This document shows positions 18,867-25,124 of a DNA stretch of 64,000 nt, in pieces (the first letter of the stretch is position 1; every line of letters begins with the position of its first letter). Position numbers and translations under genes: made by a program. This DNA comes from Oscillospiraceae bacterium (lineage in GTDB: Bacteria > Bacillota > Clostridia > Oscillospirales > Acutalibacteraceae), in the NCBI GenBank assembly GCA_015065785.1, contig SVPR01000007.1, forward strand, positions 35,634 to 99,633, read 5' to 3'. Below the pieces are notes generated by a model. That model ran no database searches, was not told the DNA's origin, and saw only the letters and a list, made by a program, of their open reading frames with translations.

Positions 18867-19951
18867 TAAAATATTTCTTTCATTAAATTTTCTGTGATTT
18901 CTTCAATTACCGAAAAATCGGTTGCTCTTATATAATAATCCTCTAATCTGTCGTGAATTCCTTTTGCTACCGATATTTTCTTTACTGCCTCCGAAAGCAT
19001 TTCCTGTTGTGTTTTTTTATTGAATTTCAAGCGCTCCTTGATTCCCTTAAGAGCTTCTTTATTTAAAAATCTTGTAGCGTGAACAACCTTTTCATCACCA
19101 AGAAGTGATTTATGAGAAGAATTTTCTGTGAAGAAGCAAAGCTTTAATTCAGGAATTATTATATGTTCTATTTTCGCAGTCGGAAAAATCGGGCAATAGC
19201 AAGCATAAATATCATAGCCATTTTCTAAAGCGTATTCTGCAATATAATCCATAATTGCAGGGGTGCAAACCGAAAAATCGTCTTCAATAGTAATTATTTT
19301 TTCGCTCAATGCCACTATTGTGTCATACTGCAAAACCACACCATCAGGTGTAACTGCACTTAAAAATCTTCTGTTAAGATTACCTCTTTCAGCACCTTTT
19401 CTTGTCGGAATTTCTCTTTTACAAAGTCTTTCAGCATAGTTTCTGACCTTTTCTCTGTCTGTAATTTTATCGCAAAGCTTCATTGCTTCAAGCTGGAGCT
19501 TTGATGTCACTAAGATATATTCTGAAGCTTTTTTATGCAAACGCTTATTTTCATCCGCTAAATTCATAATTGCAGTTTTATATTCATTTAAGTACTTTTT
19601 ATCCCACGCCTCACCAAGATTTATAATACACTCAGTAACACCCGGATAAGTTGCATCAAATGTATGCGGTGCAGTGCCGTCAAGAATTGAAAAATTGATT
19701 TCAGGTGCTATTACAATATCAAGTGAATTCGGGTCAGCACTGCAATAGCCTCTTTCAACGAAATACCCTTTTTTCTCTAATTCAACAGCCAGTTTTTTCA
19801 TCAGTGTGGATTTACCTGTGCCTGGTCCACCTTTTAAAATATAATGCATTCCATCTGCCTTATTATCATAAGCAGAAGAAAAAAGTGAAGTATATTCTTT
19901 TCTTGAATTCGCACCAAAGAAAAATGATACAGGTGTAATTGTTTTAGTCAT
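18866..19951 (-). CDS. uncharacterised P-loop NTPase
   Basis: Walker A GGPGTGKSTLMKK. ATG 19951 (MTKTITP...) follows AAGGAG, whereas the track start at 19978 has no RBS. Walker-B-like SILDGTAPH. Confidence 0.7.
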   Translation of the reverse strand: MTKTITPVSFFFGANSRKEYTSLFSSAYDNKADGMHYILKGGPGTGKSTLMKKLAVELEKKGYFVERGYCSADPNSLDIVIAPEINFSILDGTAPHTFDATYPGVTECIINLGEAWDKKYLNEYKTAIMNLADENKRLHKKASEYILVTSKLQLEAMKLCDKITDREKVRNYAERLCKREIPTRKGAERGNLNRRFLSAVTPDGVVLQYDTIVALSEKIITIEDDFSVCTPAIMDYIAEYALENGYDIYACYCPIFPTAKIEHIIIPELKLCFFTENSSHKSLLGDEKVVHATRFLNKEALKGIKERLKFNKKTQQEMLSEAVKKISVAKGIHDRLEDYYIRATDFSVIEEITENLMKEIF

Positions 19952-20033
19952 AACATCACTCCTTGATTGATAAACCAAAATTTATCACTTACAGAGCATA
20001 CTATGAATTTTTGTGGCTTAATGTTACAAAAAT

Positions 20034-20217
20034 AATGCAGAATGCAGAGTGCAGAATGCAGAGTTTCGGAACTGCGTTGGCAATTATAAAGTGCTGAATG
20101 CTGAGTGCTGAGTGCTGAATTTCGGAATGTGCGTTGGCAATTATAATTCGGAATGCGTAATGCGTAATTCGGAATTGAAGGGTCTGCGACGCAATTATAA
20201 TTAAATAACAAAAGATA
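20034..20217. repeat. heptad blocks A (AATGCAG x4, 20034-20063), B (AGTGCTG x4, 20090-20119) and C (TTCGGAA TGCGTAA TGCGTAA TTCGGAA, 20147-20174) separated by 26-27-nt linkers TTTCGGAA(C/TG)TGCGTTGGCAATTATAA
   Basis: Read directly. Linkers at 20064-20089 and 20120-20146, variant TTGAAGGGTCTGCGACGCAATTATAA at 20175-20200. Palindrome AATTATAATT recurs at 20139 and 20193. Confidence 0.85.
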
Positions 20218-20263
20218 AGTTCTATCATTTAAAGTTTTTCGTAAACTAAAAATGATAGAACTT
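20131..20263. repeat. direct repeat copy 1 (133 bp, identical to 20680-20812)
   Basis: Base-by-base visual comparison shows no mismatch over 133 bp. Similarity extends about 12 bp further left with 1 substitution and 1 indel. Confidence 0.85.
20218..20262 (-). terminator. conserved core hairpin of the composite element, copy 1
   Basis: Minus strand AAGTTCTATCATTTTTAGTTT-acgaa-AAACTTTAAATGATAGAACTT, followed by ATCTTTTGTTATTT. Confidence 0.7.
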
Positions 20264-20285
20264 ATTTATTTTCAGCGAAGCAATA

Positions 20286-20627
20286 CCTTCTTTGAAAAGA
20301 AGGGGGACCATTCTTCATATAAACTATATTCCATAATATTTTTCAAGCGTGTAGCAAAGTTATTTTCAAAATTTAAGTTAAAGCGGAATGGTGGAAAATT
20401 GATATAAAAATACGCTTTAGCGTACGGACACGAGGTTAATATTATTAATACTCCAACCTCATTGCCTTGCACTACCGTGCATTTTAATATCAATTCTCCA
20501 CCAAGCAAGCTTGGTCCCCCTCTTTTTCAAACGAGGTCGGGCTTCGCGTTCGGTTCACGCGTTGCACTCGATTGCTTTGTTAAAATAAAAACTACTCCCA
20601 CTACTGCGGGCGACCACAGGTCTGCCC
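20286..20627 (-). ncRNA. candidate structured RNA, unclassified (multi-stem domain in the unique core)
   Basis: Long-range stems 20297-20310/20512-20524 (13 bp, 1 bulge) and 20389-20405/20487-20503 (17 bp). The second encloses three perfect hairpins (20411-20424, 20432-20460, 20469-20480). Further hairpins at 20501-20514, 20532-20570, 20608-20627. The single non-Watson-Crick pair in the 17-bp stem is G-U only on the minus strand. Confidence 0.4.
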
Positions 20628-20637
20628 CTACCATTTT

Positions 20638-20669
20638 AGAATTAAGAATTAAGTATTAAGAATTAAGAA
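20638..20669. repeat. heptad block D (AGAATTA AGAATTA AGTATTA AGAATTA AGAA)
   Basis: Read directly. Followed by linker copy 20670-20695 and block C copy 20696-20723. Confidence 0.85.
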
Positions 20670-20679
20670 TTTCGGAACT

Positions 20680-20812
20680 GCGTTGGCAATTATAATTCGG
20701 AATGCGTAATGCGTAATTCGGAATTGAAGGGTCTGCGACGCAATTATAATTAAATAACAAAAGATAAGTTCTATCATTTAAAGTTTTTCGTAAACTAAAA
20801 ATGATAGAACTT
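20680..20812. repeat. direct repeat copy 2 (133 bp), offset 549 bp from copy 1
   Basis: Identical to 20131-20263. Confidence 0.85.
20767..20811 (-). terminator. conserved core hairpin of the composite element, copy 2
   Basis: Identical to 20218-20262. First terminator-like structure downstream of the GPH transporter gene (stop at 20927). Confidence 0.7.
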
Positions 20813-20852
20813 GTTGTTTTTATTGACTAATAATTATAATCAAGGCGAAGCC

Positions 20853-20893
20853 TTCCGAAATTCAGCACTCAGCATTCAGCACTCAGCATTACT
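20853..20893. repeat. heptad block B' (inverted copy of block B plus TTTCGGAA)
   Basis: The reverse complement AGTAATGCTGAGTGCTGAATGCTGAGTGCTGAATTTCGGAA aligns with 20089-20127, differing only at three A/G positions. Confidence 0.8.
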
Positions 20894-20926
20894 TTGGCTT
20901 ATCATTCAGCTCTTGAGCGAAGCGAA

Positions 20927-22471
20927 TTATTTTTTCCTTGCTGCAATTTCTGCAACCATCTCTGCCTGGCGTTTTTCTGTGAGCTTGTAGAAGAACATTG
21001 GAACTGCACAAGCGAACATACTGATAACACCTGCACCTACGAGCATATTCCAGAGAGTGTTTGCACCCTCTTGTGAAATGAAGCCTGTTTCAGCGTCGAT
21101 ACCTGCTGCTGCGAATGAAATAACACCGATAAATGCACCAACTGCCATACCGATTTTGTTGATAAGTGTCTGCATAGCAAAGCAAATACCCTCACCGCGT
21201 TCACCTGTTTTCCATTCAAGATAATCAACAGTATCACCAATCATTGCATAAGTAATAATGTTGTTAACACCTTGTGGAATACCGAGAAGAACAAGTGCAA
21301 TAGCACAAATTACTAATTTCCAAGGAGCGTCGTAACCAACGAAATACATAATTCCCATTACAACGCCACCGAAAATGTGAACTGCAACATAAGCCCATTT
21401 CTTTGTGAATTTCTTTGACATCCACGGAACGAGTAATGAAGCAACAAGACCGCCCGGAACAACAAGAAGTGTTATTAAACTATACATACCCTCATTCTGA
21501 AGAACATACTTTGCGAAATAAAGTCCGCCTGTGTATGTATAAACCATTCTCGCACCGCCGAGAATACCTGAAAGAACGATTAAAAGAAGCTCTTTATTTT
21601 TAAAGAGGAGCTTTAAGTTGTGACCAAGGCTTGGTGGGTTATCGTCTGCAGTGAAGCGTTCCTTTGTGTGCTTAAAGCCATAGAAGAACATTGGAACTGC
21701 TACAATAACAAGTACAACTGCACAAATGAAATATGTCATTTTAAGAGTGTCTGCATTTGCGAGCTCCTGACCTTTAATGACTGTACCAACAAAATTCTGA
21801 GCAACATCAGCAGTTACACCTTTATCAAGCATAATTTGTCCAATATCATCAACAGTATATTTATATTTTGAAGTAACAGCATTTGTAATAATAGGAACAA
21901 AAACAGTAACAATACCTGCACCTAATGTGCAAAGAAGACGGGTAATTGTAAGCATATTACCACGAACTACTGTGTCATTGGTCATACAGGTTGAAAGTCC
22001 CCAATAAGGAACATCTGCAACTGTGTAAACAACTGACCAGATAACATAGATAATTGCGATTATAATAAATGATGAGGTTGCTTTTGCCTGGAATGCAGGG
22101 AGGAAGCAAGCTAAAGTCATAATACCGATTGGAATTGCCATCCATTTAAGGTAAGGACGACATTTACCCCATTTAGTTCTTGTTCTGTCAACAATACTAC
22201 CCATAATAGGGTCATTAAATGCGTCAAAAATACGAGTACCGAGCATTAAATAAGCAACAGCCATTGAACCTGCAACAGAGCCTACTGTAACACCATCAGC
22301 ACCAAAAAGAAGCGCATCTGTTAAAAAGATTGTTAAATAGGAACCGATAATTGTACAAATAAAGTTCTGACCGAAGCCTGCTATACCGTAAGCAATGGCT
22401 TCTTTTGGTTGAAGGTTTCCGTCATTTGGTGTAGTGCCGTAAACCTTATGAAGTAAATCATTGATTTTCAT
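20927..22471 (-). CDS. GPH-family MFS sugar symporter
   Basis: 514 aa polytopic. FDAFNDPIMGSIVDRTRTKWGKCRPY signature loop. AAAGGTGA RBS. Confidence 0.8.
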   Translation of the reverse strand: MKINDLLHKVYGTTPNDGNLQPKEAIAYGIAGFGQNFICTIIGSYLTIFLTDALLFGADGVTVGSVAGSMAVAYLMLGTRIFDAFNDPIMGSIVDRTRTKWGKCRPYLKWMAIPIGIMTLACFLPAFQAKATSSFIIIAIIYVIWSVVYTVADVPYWGLSTCMTNDTVVRGNMLTITRLLCTLGAGIVTVFVPIITNAVTSKYKYTVDDIGQIMLDKGVTADVAQNFVGTVIKGQELANADTLKMTYFICAVVLVIVAVPMFFYGFKHTKERFTADDNPPSLGHNLKLLFKNKELLLIVLSGILGGARMVYTYTGGLYFAKYVLQNEGMYSLITLLVVPGGLVASLLVPWMSKKFTKKWAYVAVHIFGGVVMGIMYFVGYDAPWKLVICAIALVLLGIPQGVNNIITYAMIGDTVDYLEWKTGERGEGICFAMQTLINKIGMAVGAFIGVISFAAAGIDAETGFISQEGANTLWNMLVGAGVISMFACAVPMFFYKLTEKRQAEMVAEIAARKK

Positions 22472-22520
22472 TTCTTCACCTTTTTCTTTATAGTTTTATA
22501 TAAATCGAGTAGTCGTTTGA

Positions 22521-23012
22521 TTACTCAATAATTTCTGCCTTTTTCATCACAATCGGAGTAACAGGTGCAGAAAGCTCTCCGCCTCTCATTACTCTTTCAG
22601 TATTAAGGAAATCGTCAACTGTTTCCATACCTTCAACTACCTTACCGAATGCGGCATATTGTCCATCTAAAAATGTGCAATCGCCATAGCAAATGAAGAA
22701 CTGACTGCTTGCAGAGTTAGGATTCATACTTCTTGCCATAGAAACAACTCCACGAGTGTGTGAAAGTGTATTGTTAACACCATTCATTTTGAATTCGCCT
22801 TTAATTTCCTTATCACTACCGCCACAGCCTGTGCCCTCCGGGTCACCGCCCTGAGCCATAAAATCTTCAATAACTCTGTGGAATGTAAGGCCATCATAAA
22901 AGCCTTTCTTTACAAGAGCTTCAAAGTTTTCTACTGTGATTGGTGCGTGTTCCGGGTAAAGCTCAATAATAAATTCTTTACCATTTTCCATTGTTACTTT
23001 TACTTTTGACAT
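22521..23012 (-). CDS. ppiB: cyclophilin-type peptidyl-prolyl cis-trans isomerase
   Basis: FHRVIEDFMAQGGDP and SMARS..PNSASSQFFI motifs. ATG 23012 follows GGGTGA; the track start at 23021 is a GTG. Confidence 0.88.
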   Translation of the reverse strand: MSKVKVTMENGKEFIIELYPEHAPITVENFEALVKKGFYDGLTFHRVIEDFMAQGGDPEGTGCGGSDKEIKGEFKMNGVNNTLSHTRGVVSMARSMNPNSASSQFFICYGDCTFLDGQYAAFGKVVEGMETVDDFLNTERVMRGGELSAPVTPIVMKKAEIIE

Positions 23013-23025
23013 TTTATTCACCCTT

Positions 23026-24105
23026 TTATTTTACTAACATAGCATAATTTTCATCATACTCTACAACATTCTTCATCTTCATTACCATACCTGAGGTTTC
23101 TGCATCGTTTGAAACAACCTCCATAGTTGTGGTGTAGCGATAAAAGAAATCAACATTGATTATTTCGCCTGTTGTTGAGTCAACCTCTAATGTAACCTTA
23201 CCATTATCAAGAACAACTTTTTCCATTTCGTAGCCAGAGCCGTCGTTGAATTCAGGAAGATTAAAAATCTTTCCGTAAGGTAAATTCTGTCTTTCAACAT
23301 CCTCATAGGTTGTTGCAGGATATGGATTTTTTTCATCATAAGTGTAACTGCCCATTGTTACCGTTATAATAAATTTGCCATTCTGAGATTTGAATGAGAT
23401 ATCTTTAATCTCATCGAAAGATAATCTGCAGGTATTTGATAAGCTCATAACAGGGAAATATGTGTAATGGCTCTTACTTCCTGCTTCCACTTTCTTTGTT
23501 TTAATATTCGGCTCGTAAACTGCCTTAGCTTCTTCGAGCATATTGTTATATTCTTCATCAGAAGCTACCAGCTTCCATACTCTTTCAGTTCTTTTATAAT
23601 AACTGACACATTCTTCATTATTTGCATTTATATCAGGGAAAAGCGGTATTTTTGGTGCACCACTTACAGAAATTCTCGCATCAGTGCAAGTACCTGTTAC
23701 TGTTCTGTTAAAGCCGGGGAAGGTAATCTTTACTGAGTTAAGCTCATTTGTGAAATACTCAAAAATTTCTTCATCTGTAGCACCGATTTCAAGACCACTT
23801 GCTATTCTTAAAGCTCTTCTTGCGTCTTCAGTTGTAACTCTTCCGTCACCTGTTATATCGTAATTAACACCTGCAACAGGCTCGTCAAGTCTTGCTGCTA
23901 TTCTTAAATATTTTGAAGCCTCTTCTACAGTAACCTTGTTATCGCCATCAAGGTCACCCCTGTTCATCTGACTTAATAATATTTCTGTGTATTCTTTTGT
24001 TAAATTTGCATTTGCTTCAGCCGAGCTGTCCGCAGCAAACACATTAAACGAAAATGCTGTCATAAAAAGACAAACAGCTAAAGAAATACTTAACACTCTT
24101 TTCAT
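23026..24105 (-). CDS. secreted dockerin-containing protein of unknown function
   Basis: Signal peptide MKRVLSISLAVCLFMTAFSFNVFA. Two EF-hand-like dockerin segments, DLDGDNKVTVEEASKYLRIAARL and DITGDGRVTTEDARRALRIASGL. About 250-aa C-terminal region with no motif I recognise. Confidence 0.7.
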   Translation of the reverse strand: MKRVLSISLAVCLFMTAFSFNVFAADSSAEANANLTKEYTEILLSQMNRGDLDGDNKVTVEEASKYLRIAARLDEPVAGVNYDITGDGRVTTEDARRALRIASGLEIGATDEEIFEYFTNELNSVKITFPGFNRTVTGTCTDARISVSGAPKIPLFPDINANNEECVSYYKRTERVWKLVASDEEYNNMLEEAKAVYEPNIKTKKVEAGSKSHYTYFPVMSLSNTCRLSFDEIKDISFKSQNGKFIITVTMGSYTYDEKNPYPATTYEDVERQNLPYGKIFNLPEFNDGSGYEMEKVVLDNGKVTLEVDSTTGEIINVDFFYRYTTTMEVVSNDAETSGMVMKMKNVVEYDENYAMLVK

Positions 24106-24128
24106 AAATCTTCTTCCTTTCTTAATTC

Positions 24129-24785
24129 TTACTTAAATGCCGCTTTTATAAACTTTAATGTCTGTTCAATTATAAAATCATCTTTATTTTCAACATCTTC
24201 GCCTAAGTAAACCTTAAAGCGTTCCTTGTAGTAATCACAAGAGGTTGAAAACTGAAGCATCATAAAAACATTGTCAAGCAAAAATGCAAAGAATTTCGGG
24301 TCAATATCTTTTCTGACATCACCTGTGCTCTGAGCTTTTTCAATAACCTCGGTGTAAACCTTTGCTGAAATAGACTCAACTCTTTGTGCTAAAAGTCTTG
24401 AAAACTCTGTATTATTACCTGTTGTTATAGCGCAATAAAGCTTGATTAACTGCGGGTGCTTTTTAGAGAACTTTAAAAGCTCCTTTAACACCTTTTCAGC
24501 TTTTACAATTACATCCTCATTCGACGAAGAATGATGAAGCAACAGCTCTTCAAGTAGTGTAAGATTTTCTTTTACAACCATTGCAAAGAGTTCATCTTTA
24601 TTTTCAAAATACTTATACACCGAGCCTACGCTTATTTCGGCTCTTTTTGCAATTTGTTGAATTGAAGTATTTTCAAAACCATAATTAGCAAATTCATCTG
24701 TTGCTGCATCTAAAATCCTTTTTCTTTTTTCTTCAGGAATTTTGTCAAACGCTTCTTTATGAAATTGCATTTCTTGAGAATCCAT
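24129..24785 (-). CDS. TetR/AcrR-family transcriptional regulator
   Basis: HTH region RILDAATDEFANYGFENTSIQQIAKRAEISVGSVYKYFENKDELF. ATG 24785 follows AAGGAG; the track start at 24842 is unsupported. Confidence 0.85.
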   Translation of the reverse strand: MDSQEMQFHKEAFDKIPEEKRKRILDAATDEFANYGFENTSIQQIAKRAEISVGSVYKYFENKDELFAMVVKENLTLLEELLLHHSSSNEDVIVKAEKVLKELLKFSKKHPQLIKLYCAITTGNNTEFSRLLAQRVESISAKVYTEVIEKAQSTGDVRKDIDPKFFAFLLDNVFMMLQFSTSCDYYKERFKVYLGEDVENKDDFIIEQTLKFIKAAFK

Positions 24786-25038
24786 TGTCTGCTCCTTTGC
24801 ATAATAATCCAATTTAACAATATTATTATAGAATTTTATCATTTTTGACTAAAAAAAGCAATAAAATAACGGAAATAAGCATATCCAAAAAAACACATCA
24901 TTTTTTGTTAAGTGTGACTACAACCTGAGTAAAAACCGTGTTTTTTATTCATAAAAAATTCCATTTTTCACAAATATTCTCTCACAAAAATGAAATTTTT
25001 TACTAGTTTGTTAATTCTTTATAAATTGCCAAAAAATC

Positions 25039-25067
25039 TTGAAATATATATTGTATTATGATATAAT
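25039..25067 (+). promoter_or_regulatory. near-consensus sigma-A promoter of 25125-28271
   Basis: TTGAAA (25039-25044), 17-nt spacer, TATAAT (25062-25067). Confidence 0.6.
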
Positions 25068-25124
25068 TCGTGTATGTATCGTCAAAAATCATTTCACTAT
25101 ATAAATAGTTTTAGGAGGTTAATT

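Noticed and set aside
20034-20217. CRISPR-like geometry: a 26-27-nt repeat alternating with 28-30-nt 'spacers', about 56-bp period, 3 units.
   Set aside because: The 'spacers' are low-complexity tandem heptamers rather than unique protospacer-like sequence. There are only three repeats, one of them a divergent variant. No cas genes or leader are in the window. One 'spacer' has an inverted partner 760 bp away, which fits an RNA or DNA stem better than a CRISPR array.
19948-20659. Small ORFs in the island: 19948-20211, 20001-20228, 20272-20508 (minus) and 20462-20659 (plus).
   Set aside because: No RBS. The peptides are reiterations of repeat-derived sequence (for example NYNCQR..., HSALS...) or run across predicted RNA helices and terminators. 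They overlap each other in different frames. They are best explained as chance ORFs in AT-rich repeats.
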